DNA of 63,936 nt, counting the filler, from Trichomonas gallinae (lineage: Eukaryota): the NCBI GenBank assembly GCA_008369845.1. It is 5 parts of 5 records of this genome, joined end to end, with 100 filler letters (N's around TTAATTAATTAA, not from the genome) between each part and the next. Parts side by side here need not be neighbours in the genome. Positions count along the whole stretch, not along the records: positions 35,622 to 50,565 come from MRSU01000831.1; positions 50,666 to 62,194 come from MRSU01000833.1; 3 more parts are not named here. The stretch is one strand, 5' to 3'. Below are positions 40,064-51,719 of the stretch, piece after piece; positions within the stretch are counted from its first letter, which is position 1; each line of letters starts with the position of its first letter. The notes under the pieces were generated by a model. The model worked only from the letters and a program-made list of their open reading frames with translations. It was not told the DNA's origin and did no database searches. The position numbers were made by a program, and so were the translations under genes.

Positions 40064-41707
40064 ATGGAAAACCTAATGAATAAAATTATGGTTTCCTCAG
40101 TGGTTCTCTCAGCACTAAATATTAACGTCATTCACTGTATTTTTATCCAATATAACTCATATCACGATGGTGTGATTACATGCAGAAATTTGTATTCAGA
40201 GAATATGAATGTATACAACTGCCTTTTTAAATTACTTAATAACCCAATTCCAATGAAACAATCTACACTTTGTATTACATGTTTTGGAAAAAATTCTAAG
40301 ATTATTAATAATTTTTTTGCGTATTGCTCTAATTCTGGCCAATTCTTTATCAATTCTGGATCTAGCATTGTCAATGGTTCTTCATTCTCTGATTGTTCTA
40401 CATCAATGATTTACAATTATAGAATTGGACCGAAGCAACATCATGCAATAAATTATACTGGTACAAATGCAATGAATAGTTATGGTGATTTTCATGTTAA
40501 GCTTACGTATTCTAATTTTGAAAATTGCAAATTCAATCAAATGATCAATATTTTAAGCAACATGTCATATATTAACATCATAAAGAACAATATAAACTCG
40601 TTAAATGCAAAATTAATTCAAAATTCCAATATAATTCATTCGACAATTGAGAATTTTAATTTAGCATTACCACCATTCAATGTTTACACAGACAATAAAT
40701 CGTACACAGTGTTTGATTACTCCCAAATGCTCACCCCGTTTCCAATGACTTTAAATAATTATGCGAATTTTATCTTTTTCACGAAAAAGTATGAAATATC
40801 TGGACAAATTAAGCAAGAAATCAATTTACCAGGCTTCTTGGATACGATCAAAGTCCAACAGTGTTCTTTTATCGGAATTACTTCATTTGCTGAAATAATT
40901 CATATAAGGTCGTTAAAATTATCTAGTTTGACTCTACAGCATTGTACGTTTAATGGATGCTATACAAACACAAATATTATATCATTGGATTCATATTCTG
41001 GTGAATTTGATGAAGCAAATGCGTATATAGCAAGCAACTGCATATCATATTGCATTGGAGAATCAATGATACACGTTGAGCTTGATCAAAACACCAAATT
41101 AATGCATGAAAAAGATTCAATTTATTTTGCAACGCATTTTATGACATCTGAGGCTTTAAATCCGTTATATTATGTTAATGACCAGGAATTACCTACTAAG
41201 TCATCAGGTTTAAACGTTTCTCATGGATTTGCAAATAATTTTGCAACAATGGAAGCGAAAAATCATCAAATTTCTTTCAACAAATTCAATAACCTAACAT
41301 CAATGTGCATTGCATCCTTGATTAATGCACGAATATTGTCTTGTAATTTTATTAGTATATATTATTTTCATAATGCATTCACAAATCTACCCAATTATAC
41401 CATAGAAAAGTGTATATTTGCTAATTGTTCCATTCCTGTTACTCCTGAAATCATTGACTGCAAAATTTTATCAGAATCTGATATGAAATTTGCAAAATAC
41501 GTTGATTTGAATGGAATCCTAGACCAGTTCTGCTTCTCTGTTCAGAAACACAGACTTGCATATGGTTATATTATTCTCATTATTTCAGCAACTTTTGTTG
41601 CTATTTTATTGGTTGCTCTTTTGCTTGTTTGCCATTATAGACGAGATAATATGAAAATGAAGAAGAGAATCAGCCTTTCCAATTCAATTATGAATGATTT
41701 TGGTTAA
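40064..41707 (+). CDS. Single-pass membrane protein with Asn/Cys-rich beta-helix-like ectodomain
   Basis: Repeated 'xxCxFxNC' units, C-terminal TM (LAYGYIILIISATFVAILLVALLLV), short basic tail ending DFG. Start could be 40064 or 40088. Confidence 0.78.
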   Translation: MENLMNKIMVSSVVLSALNINVIHCIFIQYNSYHDGVITCRNLYSENMNVYNCLFKLLNNPIPMKQSTLCITCFGKNSKIINNFFAYCSNSGQFFINSGSSIVNGSSFSDCSTSMIYNYRIGPKQHHAINYTGTNAMNSYGDFHVKLTYSNFENCKFNQMINILSNMSYINIIKNNINSLNAKLIQNSNIIHSTIENFNLALPPFNVYTDNKSYTVFDYSQMLTPFPMTLNNYANFIFFTKKYEISGQIKQEINLPGFLDTIKVQQCSFIGITSFAEIIHIRSLKLSSLTLQHCTFNGCYTNTNIISLDSYSGEFDEANAYIASNCISYCIGESMIHVELDQNTKLMHEKDSIYFATHFMTSEALNPLYYVNDQELPTKSSGLNVSHGFANNFATMEAKNHQISFNKFNNLTSMCIASLINARILSCNFISIYYFHNAFTNLPNYTIEKCIFANCSIPVTPEIIDCKILSESDMKFAKYVDLNGILDQFCFSVQKHRLAYGYIILIISATFVAILLVALLLVCHYRRDNMKMKKRISLSNSIMNDFG

Positions 41708-42432
41708 ATCATTCTCCAATTTATATATTGTATTGCTATTATTGCATAAAATCATTTTAGTAGTTTATATTTAATCATACAGTTACTTATTAATTCATTT
41801 CGATATCGATTCATGTCATTGGACTTCATTGTCTGTTGTATTAATCATTGACTCTTTCTTATGTGACTATTAATTAATTCTATTTGAATATAATATAAGA
41901 ATTTGGTTGTAATCGATTACATTCTATCATTAGAAAAGAGATTTAGATTAATAACTAAATAAAGTTAAATTATATAGAATATAAAACGTAAGTTTTAATT
42001 TATTAAAAGACCAAATTAGATAAGTTTGATAAAGAAATTTATAATTTATTCAACTTTATAATGATATATATCTATTTTGTTATCATCAATATAGTATGCA
42101 TGACTAATATATTCGATATATAATATTATTAATCTTGTTAATCGATTGTATTTGAGAAATTTAATGCATAATATATTCTTATTATGCATCACAAAAAAAT
42201 GTATCAAAGGTAGATAGTAGATGAGCGGATGAAAAATAGAAAATTTTTATTAAATAACGGAAAAATTTTCGATCGAATTTAAGAATATTGATAATCATAT
42301 ATGGATTATTTCAAAACAAAAGTGAGATCGTAAAAGTGAAATCAAAAGATTATATCAAAAGTGGAAAAAATATTATCAAAATTTTGAAAATGAATCGAAT
42401 TCCAAAAATATCTCGCTATTATCAGCAGAAAA

Positions 42433-42609
42433 CTTATAAATAGCATATATTTGCGATCATCTCAAAAAATTGAAATTTCACACATATACGATTATTTTCA
42501 ATTCAAATAATTGCGCTATCTCGCCCGCAAAATGTGAAAAACTAATCTTTTGCTTTAATTCTTATATAATCATCTATATTTGCGTTTATCTCAAAAAAAT
42601 TGAAAATTT
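42433..42609. repeat. Short degenerate direct repeat (~46 bp, 2 copies) upstream of the repeat-protein gene
   Basis: CTTATA..TATATTTGCG...ATCTCAAAAAA(A)TTGAAA at 42433 and 42561. Confidence 0.6.
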
Positions 42610-42859
42610 TTATTTAATATTAATATATAAGCAATAAATAATTAATACTTTCGTTTTTTCCAAAATATTTACAATTTTACGGGCGTGAAAGCGAAAATTA
42701 AAATGTATTAAATGTTTTAATCTATGGATTATAATTATTTTAGGTTTGAATGAATTGATATTTGAATTAATATTTGAATTGAAAATAATCGTATGAAAAT
42801 TTTTCTTCTCAAACCAATATTTCAAACAATTATAAGTCGTGACTTCATTTTTAGAACAA

Positions 42860-43492
42860 ATGTCTGAGACACACGTACAGGGAACAGAGCAAGCTGCACA
42901 TGCCAAGGTAACAGCTGAAGCTATTGCTAACTCAGGAATCATCGAAGAGATGGAGAAGAAGCGCGAGATCAAAAAAGTACAAAAAGAAGAGGCCAAAGTT
43001 ACAGCAGAAGCTATTGCTAACTCTGGTATCATAGACGAGATGGAGAAGAAGCGTGAGATCAAGAAGGCTCAGAAGGAGGAAGCGAAGGTAACAGCAGAAG
43101 CTATTGCAAACTCAGGTATAATCGATGAGATGCAGAAACAGCGTGAAATGAAGAAGGCTCAAAAAGAAGAAGCAAAAGTAACAGCAGAAGCTATTGCTAG
43201 CTCTGGAATCATCGATGAGATGCAGAAGCAGCGTGAAATGAAGAAAGTTCAGAAAGAAGAAGCAAAAGTAACAGCAGAAGCTATTGCAAACTCAGGTATT
43301 ATCGATGAGATGCAGAAGCAGCGCGAAATTAAGAAGGAACTTAAGGTCAAAGCCAAGGAAACAGCTGAAGCTGTTGCAAATTCAGGAAAAATCGAAGAAC
43401 TCCAGGAGAAGAGAGAACTTCAGAACGAACTTAAGGCAAAGGCTAAGCTTGCTGCAGAAGCAGCTGCCGCCGCCAAAGCTTCAAAGGAGTAA
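42860..43492 (+). CDS. Charged helical protein built from ~6 tandem 30-aa repeats
   Basis: AKVTAEAIANSGII(D/E)EM(E/Q)K(K/Q)RE(I/M)KK.QKEE repeats every 90 nt from 42902 to 43442. Inr TCATT at ~42845. Variation between units is mostly synonymous. Confidence 0.9.
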   Translation: MSETHVQGTEQAAHAKVTAEAIANSGIIEEMEKKREIKKVQKEEAKVTAEAIANSGIIDEMEKKREIKKAQKEEAKVTAEAIANSGIIDEMQKQREMKKAQKEEAKVTAEAIASSGIIDEMQKQREMKKVQKEEAKVTAEAIANSGIIDEMQKQREIKKELKVKAKETAEAVANSGKIEELQEKRELQNELKAKAKLAAEAAAAAKASKE

Positions 43493-44234
43493 TTTCACCA
43501 ATTAAATTATAGATTACCATTTCTTTAATTAATATTAAATCATTTCCTTTCATTTTTTATAATTCCATTGCTTTTTCTTCATACTAACATGAAATATATT
43601 TTTTTTTAATTTTTTTTTGGTTTTCAGAGACTATTTGATATATAGTTTATTTTATTACTTGTTTTATATCATAAATATGGTATTCTCAATCTGATTTATG
43701 CGAAAATATTAATTTTGAAATAATTTTTTATCGATAATCATATGAAAAGGAATATGGAATATGTAAGTTTCCTCCAAAAATATCATGTGAAACTCAATTT
43801 GTTCGACTCAGACAAACATTATAATATCAAATTTATAAAATCAAATATCAGATACATTTAACATAATAACAGAACTATTTTATAAAGAATATATAAATTT
43901 ATATCACAAATCCATTGATTTACTGATAATTTAAGAAAAATATATTTATAAAATCACAAAAAATATATAAAAATTATGTTTATGCATATATTATAATGAT
44001 ATTTTTGCTATAAATATTATTGGTATAAGCCACACAGTCTAAATATTATTAGTAAAAGAAAAACTAGAAAAAGGTAAATATTTTTGTCCTTTTTTTTCAA
44101 TGGTTTACAAAAATCAAGATTTTAACTTTTTTGATTTTTGTCTAAAACCGAATAAAAAGCGAAAATAAGGCACTGTGTCTCCAAAAAATTGAATTACTCT
44201 GTTTGACTTTTTCAAAAAAATTTAAAAAAACTCG

Positions 44235-47200
44235 ATGGATCCAACAGTTCGCAAACCGATCACATCCATTGAGTTCCTCCCCTATACAAAGGATGAGGTA
44301 GAGAATTTCAGTGTTATGCCGGTCACTGCCATCGGCGTTTTCGATAGACAAGGAAAACCAATAAATGAAGGTGTCTACGATTCGCATTTAGGACCAACAG
44401 AGCATGACCAAACATGCCCAATTTGCGGCCAGCATGCTTGGAACTGCCCTGGACACTTCGGTAACATCAAATTAGCGATGCCCGTTTATCATCCACTCTA
44501 TGTTAAGCAATTGGGCCGTTTTATGAGTGCTTTCTGCTCAAACTGCAACTGCTTGAGAATACCAAAGGAAATTATGCTTAATGTTGTCAACGCACTTCAA
44601 TTAATCGAACGCGGACAGTTAGTTTCCCTGGATGAAGTCTTCGCAACATCAGATGAGCCAGCAGCAATCACAGAACAGCGCCAGAAAGAAATTAATGAGC
44701 TTATTGAAAAACTTCCAGTTATTCAGCCAAATTCTTACACAGTTCAAACACGCGAGAAGATTATCAAGGAATTCCTTACTCGTGCTTCCAACTACAGACT
44801 CAAATGCGCAAATTGCCTTCACGAAAACAGAAAAATCAAATTCGATAATTTCCACTTCGAATTCATCGTAATTTCATCTGATAAGACACAGGAGCCAAAG
44901 TACGTCCCAATCGGAGAGATCAGAGAGAAGTTAAACGCATTTTACAAGGATAATAAATTATTCTTCGATATTTTCTTCAACAAAGCAGGACCAGACTTCT
45001 TCTTCATCGACACAGTCTGCGTCACACCACCAAAATTCCGCCCAATGTCTGTTCTCGGCGATAAAATCAATGCTCACCCAACATCATCTGGATATGTCGA
45101 AGTTATTAAGACAAACATCAATTTGCTTAAATTACTCGAAAAGCCAGACCCAGAGCAGATCCGTGCTGAACACAACAAGCTTCAAACAAACGTTTCTACA
45201 TTAATCGATTCAACACTCAACAAGTCATCAAAGAAAGTTCCAAACGGTATCCGCCAAGTCCTCGAAAAGAAGGAAGGTGTCTTCAGAAAGAACTTAATGG
45301 GTAAGCGTGTCAACTTCTCAGCTAGATCTGTAATTGCTCCAGATCCATACGTCGCAACAGACGAAGTTGGTGTTCCAGAGGTCTTCGCTAAGACACTCTC
45401 ATACCCAGAGCGCGTCACAGAGTACAACAGAGACAGATTAAAACAAGCAATTTTGAATGGCGCAGATACATACCCTGGTGCCAACTTCATTACAGACCCA
45501 TTCGGCCAGACATTCCAGCTCAAGGGCATGAAAGAGTCACAGAGACAATCATATGCATCTAAAATCTTCCAGGCTCCAGAAGGCGACTTCCCATGGACAG
45601 TAGGACGCCATGCTATCAACGGAGATTACGTTCTCATTAACCGTCAGCCAACTCTCCACAGAGTTTCTATTCTCGCGATGAGAGTCAAGGTTCTTCCAAG
45701 GCAGAGAACAATCAGAATGCACTACTCCAACTGCGCTTCATTCAACGCCGACTTCGACGGTGATGAAATCAACCTTCACTTGCCGCAAAACGAAGTTGCT
45801 CGCGCAGAAGCTAATATCCTCTCTCTTTCTTCAAGACACTACATTACTCCGACAGCAGGCAACCCAATTCGTGGTCTTATCCAGGATCACGTCGATGCCG
45901 GAGCACTTTTGACAATGAAGAATAATTTCTTGACACGCCAGCAGTACCAGGAGCTCGTCTTCACAGCCTTTGGTGGCGAAATCAAGACAAAGCTCGAGAT
46001 GCTCCCACCAGCCATCATCAAGCCAGTCGAATTATGGACAGGCAAGCAGGTCATTTCAACAATCATCGTAAATCTCACTAAGGGCCACGCAGACCAGATG
46101 ATGGACCTCACATCCAACTCAAAGATCCCGTCCATCCTCTGCCACGGCTGCCGCGAAGAGACAGTCGTCCGCTTCGTCGATGGCCAGCTCGTCACAGGTA
46201 TCATCGATAAGGCGCAGTTCGGTGCATCAAAGTTCGGTATGGTCCACACCATCTACGAATTATACGGATCTGACATGGCATCAAGATTTTTGACAATGCT
46301 CACTCGCCTCTTCACATACTTCATGCAGTGCCACGGCTTCTCATGCGGCATTGCTGATATGATCGTCAACCACAAGGGTGATGGATTGAGAGAGCAGATG
46401 AAGGCCGAGACAGAGAAAGTCGCTCTTAAGGCTGCCAAAGATTTCGTCGAGGAATTCGGTACTAAAGAAACACAATATCTTCCACTCAAAGATCGCCTTT
46501 GGGACCTCGTCAAGGACAAGGACATGAAGGAGAGATACGATCATATGATCATGAGTCTTCTTAACAAGACAGCATCAGACACATTGAACTCAATCTTCCC
46601 AACAAACATCACAAAACCATTCCCAATGAACCACCTGACAATGATGACATCATCAGGTGCCAAGGGTTCTGTTGTCAACGCCACGCAGATCTCCTGCCTT
46701 CTCGCACAGCAGTCTCTCGAAGGTAAGCGTGTGCCAATCATGAGGTCAGGAAAGACTTTGCCGTCTTTCGACTTCATGGATTTGTCACCACAATCCGGCG
46801 GTTTCGTCAGCTCACGTTTCTTGACAGGTCTTACACCAGAAGAGTACTACTTCCACGCTATGGGTGGCAGAGAAGGTCTTACAGATACAGCCGTTAAGAC
46901 AGCTAACACTGGTTATCTCCAGAGATGCATCATCAAGAACATCGAAGGCCTCAGGGCATCATACGATGGCACAGTCAGAGACGCCGACGACACAATCATC
47001 CAGTTCTTGTATGGTGAAGATGGCATCGATCCAATGCAGAACAAGTACATCACAAAGTTCGACTTCATGCTCAAGAACTTGGACACATATTACAAGAAGC
47101 TCGACATTGAGAAAGTCCTCGAGAAGGCAAACACAGACATCCTCCAGAGACTTATCGACGGCGAGAAAGTCAACGACGGCAGACTCATCCAGAACGAGTT

Positions 47201-48638
47201 CCAACCACACAGATTTGTCGGCTCCATTTCTCAGGCATTCGAGAATGCTCTCAACAAGTACTGCGACGACATCAAGAATAAGGGTGTCGATGAAGAGACA
47301 GTCCTCAAGTTGAGAACAACAGCAATTTTGAACTACTTCAACTCCCAGATTCAGCCAGGTGAAGTCGTTGGTGTCATCGCTGCTGAAGCTATTGGTGAGC
47401 CAGCCACACAGATGACATTGAACACTTTCCACCTTGCCGGTTATGGTGGCACAAACGTCACACTCGGTATCCCACGTCTTCGTGAAATTCTCATTGTCGC
47501 CACACGCACACCAGCCACACCTATGATGTTCCTTCCTCTGAATATGGACGACGAGAAGGAGTGCAAGAGATTCCTTACAGAATTCAAGCGCATCCCACTC
47601 AAGGATGTCGTCGAGTCATTCACAGTCAGAGAAGAGATCAACTTCTTGTCTGAAGTCAGATCTGAGAGAAGAGTCGATGTCACAATCAAGCTCATCCCAG
47701 ACAACTTCCCAGAGACACAGAACTTCGACTTCGCTATCGACACAATCCGCTCACACTTCTCTACAATGGTCAAGAAGAAACTCAACGCCATCCTCAGGCA
47801 GAAGGGTGATCACATCCGTGAAATCGCATCCGATGAAACAGTCACAGCCGAGCAGGTCAGAGACATGACAAAGGAGGAAGAAATGGGTGCAGACAGATCT
47901 AAGGTCCTCAGCAGAAGAAACGAGCAGAACTCATACGAAAAGGACGAAGAAAACGAGCAAGATAAAGAAGAGAAGGAAGAAAAGGAGGAGAAAGAAGAAA
48001 AAGAGTCCAAGGATGAACATAAGATCGAGTCATCATACGATAGAGAAAGCCGCCAGCTTCACGTCACATTCACAATCAAGGATGTTTCCCTCAAGATTCT
48101 CTTCGAGTCCATCGTCCAGCAGGTCCTTTCCGACGTCATGGTTCACGAAATGCCAGGTGTCAAGCGCGCGACATTCTCAGATGTCAAGAGCGATGCCGGC
48201 AGATCAATCATCGTTACAGAAGGCGCCAACTACGGTGAAATCGTTAAGCGTATGGAGATCGACATGAACAAGTTCTACACGAACGACATCGCGATCATCC
48301 TTAAGCACTACGGCATTGAGGCTGCAAGGACAGCAATCATCAAGGAAGTCAACTCTGTCTTCAAGAACTACGCCATCGATGTCGACATGAGACACCTTTC
48401 CCTTATCGCTGATTTCGTCACAAACAGCGGTGACTGGCTCGGCATGTCTCGCCACACAATGAAGAAGTGCGCTTCACCTCTACAGCAGATGTCATTTGAG
48501 ACAACTACTGCTTTCCTCACGCACTGCACTATGCACGGCGGCAAGGATTTGATGGAGTCCCCGTCCGCCTCTTTGACCGCTGGTAACGTTATAAAGATGG
48601 GCAGCGGTCTTTGTGAGATCCTCGTTCCATTCGAATAA
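44235..48638 (+). CDS. RPA1: DNA-directed RNA polymerase I largest subunit
   Basis: CPICG..CPGHFG, LEKKEGVFRKNLMGKRVN, HYSNCASFNADFDGDE, TQMTLNTFHLAG..NVTLGIPRLREI, acidic insertion, no CTD. Confidence 0.97.
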   Translation: MDPTVRKPITSIEFLPYTKDEVENFSVMPVTAIGVFDRQGKPINEGVYDSHLGPTEHDQTCPICGQHAWNCPGHFGNIKLAMPVYHPLYVKQLGRFMSAFCSNCNCLRIPKEIMLNVVNALQLIERGQLVSLDEVFATSDEPAAITEQRQKEINELIEKLPVIQPNSYTVQTREKIIKEFLTRASNYRLKCANCLHENRKIKFDNFHFEFIVISSDKTQEPKYVPIGEIREKLNAFYKDNKLFFDIFFNKAGPDFFFIDTVCVTPPKFRPMSVLGDKINAHPTSSGYVEVIKTNINLLKLLEKPDPEQIRAEHNKLQTNVSTLIDSTLNKSSKKVPNGIRQVLEKKEGVFRKNLMGKRVNFSARSVIAPDPYVATDEVGVPEVFAKTLSYPERVTEYNRDRLKQAILNGADTYPGANFITDPFGQTFQLKGMKESQRQSYASKIFQAPEGDFPWTVGRHAINGDYVLINRQPTLHRVSILAMRVKVLPRQRTIRMHYSNCASFNADFDGDEINLHLPQNEVARAEANILSLSSRHYITPTAGNPIRGLIQDHVDAGALLTMKNNFLTRQQYQELVFTAFGGEIKTKLEMLPPAIIKPVELWTGKQVISTIIVNLTKGHADQMMDLTSNSKIPSILCHGCREETVVRFVDGQLVTGIIDKAQFGASKFGMVHTIYELYGSDMASRFLTMLTRLFTYFMQCHGFSCGIADMIVNHKGDGLREQMKAETEKVALKAAKDFVEEFGTKETQYLPLKDRLWDLVKDKDMKERYDHMIMSLLNKTASDTLNSIFPTNITKPFPMNHLTMMTSSGAKGSVVNATQISCLLAQQSLEGKRVPIMRSGKTLPSFDFMDLSPQSGGFVSSRFLTGLTPEEYYFHAMGGREGLTDTAVKTANTGYLQRCIIKNIEGLRASYDGTVRDADDTIIQFLYGEDGIDPMQNKYITKFDFMLKNLDTYYKKLDIEKVLEKANTDILQRLIDGEKVNDGRLIQNEFQPHRFVGSISQAFENALNKYCDDIKNKGVDEETVLKLRTTAILNYFNSQIQPGEVVGVIAAEAIGEPATQMTLNTFHLAGYGGTNVTLGIPRLREILIVATRTPATPMMFLPLNMDDEKECKRFLTEFKRIPLKDVVESFTVREEINFLSEVRSERRVDVTIKLIPDNFPETQNFDFAIDTIRSHFSTMVKKKLNAILRQKGDHIREIASDETVTAEQVRDMTKEEEMGADRSKVLSRRNEQNSYEKDEENEQDKEEKEEKEEKEEKESKDEHKIESSYDRESRQLHVTFTIKDVSLKILFESIVQQVLSDVMVHEMPGVKRATFSDVKSDAGRSIIVTEGANYGEIVKRMEIDMNKFYTNDIAIILKHYGIEAARTAIIKEVNSVFKNYAIDVDMRHLSLIADFVTNSGDWLGMSRHTMKKCASPLQQMSFETTTAFLTHCTMHGGKDLMESPSASLTAGNVIKMGSGLCEILVPFE

Positions 48639-48918
48639 AGTTTATAATAAAGATTTTTTGATACTATTAAATTCAATTCTTTTTTTAAATTTAATTTAAA
48701 ACAAAAAGAACACGACAATAAGTAGCATCACATTAATTACAATTAAACACATTAATTAGAAATTCTCAGCAAAACATTTCATAATATTATGACTTGATAA
48801 CAAAATATTGATCAATATATAAATATGGAAAAAGGAAACATTTGTAAAGAATAGAAAATATATTTATTTATATATACAACAATGATTAAGATGATATTGA
48901 ATATTTTTCTAACAAGTC

Positions 48919-49365
48919 TTATTTATTAACTAGATAGTGCTGAAAGATAAGACCTGGTATATTACCTCGAGTTATGATGTTAAAACACATTGGAGGATTT
49001 CGTGAACCAAAAAATAAGTCTCCTAGTGTTGTTTGATCCTTTGGTTGATCTTTTACAACGTATTTGGCCTGTTTTTGCCCCCTCTTTGATGAAGTATTCT
49101 CTTTATCTTTATTGAAATTTTGATTTTGACTGTTTGTATATTGATATTTTGAATCTTGATTCGCATATAACTGTGTAGTAGAAATAGATGAATTGCTTTT
49201 CGATTTAGTCTGTTTGGAGTCAATTCCGTTGTAATAATTCTGATCGTGTTGTTGGTTTTCACCGAAATTTAGTGCTTTGCTGGCCATCTTAGGAGGAAGG
49301 TCCTGTATAGTCAGTCTGGCTCTGCGACCAGAATTTGTCATTGAAAAATTTGACAAATTTTGCAT
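48919..49365 (-). CDS. Hypothetical Q/N/S-rich low-complexity protein
   Basis: 148-codon ORF with an alternative start at 49341; stop within TAA. Confidence 0.6.
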   Translation of the reverse strand: MQNLSNFSMTNSGRRARLTIQDLPPKMASKALNFGENQQHDQNYYNGIDSKQTKSKSNSSISTTQLYANQDSKYQYTNSQNQNFNKDKENTSSKRGQKQAKYVVKDQPKDQTTLGDLFFGSRNPPMCFNIITRGNIPGLIFQHYLVNK

Positions 49366-50565
49366 TGAGGGAGAACCCCCCTGTTTTATTCTAATTTTTG
49401 CAGATATAGAAGGAATATTGTTTACATTTTCTATTTTTGCAAAAATAAAAATTTAGTGGAATAACCCTAAGTAAGATAAAAAGATGACAGTTTACATGTC
49501 AGATTTCATATTTTTCTCAGATTTTTTCTCCACTTAATAGACTAGGTTGGATACCATCAATCAATACCTTATGGCCGTGTATAGTTCATTATCGCATCAA
49601 AATCCCGCCAATTCTCTTCCACAAAATTCCTTTATTAATATTTACAGGTTTCATCATTCATTTATCTTCCAATCCTCCAATTCCTTCAACTACATTAATA
49701 TACTAATTCAAACATATGATTTACTTCAGTATATAACGTTTTGCTATCTTTATGAACTCGTTGACTTATTTATTTCAAGTGTAACCGCAGCACCACAGCA
49801 TTAAAGCATAAAAAGCATTACATTTCCCCTATAATTGCCATTTCAATCGCATTATATTATATGACATGATAACCTAAAAATCAGCGATCAACAATGTTAT
49901 GACTTACATTGTAAACAACTATTTGTTTTAATGATGGTTACTATCTGCTATAAATACGATCGCCGAATAAAAAATTAAATATGAATTCCTTCTATTTGCT
50001 ATTATATTATTTTAAGAGTGAAATTTTGTGATTTTAGAGTAGACACAGCAATTTAATACCTTACCGGCAACGATATCTTCATTTTATAAAATTTGAAGAC
50101 CACTCAACTGTATAATATAACACTTTTAACCACGAAAAACACTTTTATATGTTTTAAGATTGAGAATTATATTGTTTAAAGGTTATAAAACAAAAAGTAA
50201 CAAAAGTAATCGCGAAGTAAAACCCCGACCAAATCAGATAAAGTTGATTTTAGGATGACTCAGACATGACTCTGGCAAAATCAAAATGATTTTTGGTGAT
50301 TTTGAAATCGCGATTTTTTTTCAAAACTCTCACTTAAATTTGATTTTTGTTTATTTTTATGTCTACTATATATAATGTCATTAAAATATCAAGTTTATTT
50401 GATCTTAAAAAATATGATTCATGAAAAAGTAATTCTTATAAAATTGTTTAGATTGATATATAGAATATTATGAGTAATTTCCATCGTACCGAGGGCACAA
50501 TAGCCAAGGTACAATTGAATAGCCTTAGAACAACTTTCTGAGTGCTTTCAAATTTGTTTATGTAT

Positions 50566-50665
50566 NNNNNNNNNNNNNNNNNNNNNNNNNNNNNNNNNNN
50601 NNNNNNNNNTTAATTAATTAANNNNNNNNNNNNNNNNNNNNNNNNNNNNNNNNNNNNNNNNNNNN
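50566..50665. other. Artificial contig spacer
   Basis: 44 N + TTAATTAATTAA + 44 N. Confidence 0.97.
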
Positions 50666-50670
50666 ATCAT

Positions 50671-50770
50671 TATATTAATGCATATAATATACTGGCAAAG
50701 TTTGGAGCAAAAATACATTTCTATCGTCATTGGTACACCTCTAAATTTCTGATTGAAATCAATAACTTAT
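50671..50770 (+). repeat. Dispersed repeat, copy 2, at the contig edge
   Basis: Matches 20051-20150. Confidence 0.7.
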
Positions 50771-50867
50771 AATGTGAATATTCGAAATATCGAATAAAAA
50801 TAAATGTAAGTAACATAAAGCAAAAAGTGCCAGAAAAGAATTAAAAAGTGACAGGAATAAAAAAAAC

Positions 50868-51284
50868 ATGAACTGGTTTGATATGTTAATTGTTTATCCA
50901 GTTGGAATTCTATATCCATCATTCAGACTCTACGTAGCACTCGCCAGACGCAAACCAATCGAACAATTCTTAAAGCATTTCGTTGTTTTTGCGATTTGTT
51001 TTTCAGTAATCGAAATAATGAATTTCGTGCTTGGTTCATTCTGGGTTTACGTTGCTGTTAAGCTTGTCGCTCTTTGGTTATTGGTTGGAACAGATTTCAA
51101 AGGCTCTACACTGATGTTTGATAACCTTGTCGCCACGTTTATGCTTTCGATGCCATTTTTGGTTCAATTTGGATACAGATCACACTATTCTTCAAGCTCA
51201 CAGCTCGGAAAAGATCTTTCTACGCATTTCCACCAAATCTTTATCCAGCGCTATCATCGCATTCTCGATGAGATTGATAACTAA
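50868..51284 (+). CDS. TB2/DP1/HVA22 (REEP/Yop1) family ER-shaping protein
   Basis: GILYPSF..Y.AL, LKHFVVFA, Y..VKL...WL and GSTLMFD pattern. M2 motif upstream. Confidence 0.8.
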   Translation: MNWFDMLIVYPVGILYPSFRLYVALARRKPIEQFLKHFVVFAICFSVIEIMNFVLGSFWVYVAVKLVALWLLVGTDFKGSTLMFDNLVATFMLSMPFLVQFGYRSHYSSSSQLGKDLSTHFHQIFIQRYHRILDEIDN

Positions 51285-51719
51285 GAAATTACGCAGATAC
51301 TTCGTCATTGATTGTCAAGCTATTTTGTTTTGCTTTAAATTATAATTGATTTTAAAATTAAATGAAATTCACTCTTTTTATTGTGTAAAAACATGACCTC
51401 TATAAAATTCCCGCGTGGGCAAAATTCATTTTTGTTATTTAACAGAATAATAAATAAAATTTAAAAATTAAATCGATGACATCCCATAAAAATCATTCAC
51501 ATTATCATATTTGTTCAAAAATAGTTAACATAATAAGTTACAATATTCAATTATGAAATAATATTTTTTTGTGTAAAATATATCAAAATTGCAATAAAAA
51601 TTAATGGTTAATATAGAAATCTAGAATAGTAGCGAATTAATGGTTACCAATAATGTACGGTTTATTTTGATACAAAAAATAGAAAAGTTAAAATAACACG
51701 GAATACAAGATACTCCTGA

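Noticed and set aside
44632..48718. Many antisense and alternative-frame ORFs inside RPA1 (likewise in CCT6, CDA, Hsp70 and BEACH)
   Set aside because: Expected shadows of strong codon bias; no motifs or start contexts.
33284..50275. GACTC(A/G)GA words at ~33286, 33302, 43805 and 50257
   Set aside because: Too short, and the flanks do not align convincingly; cannot be told from chance by eye.
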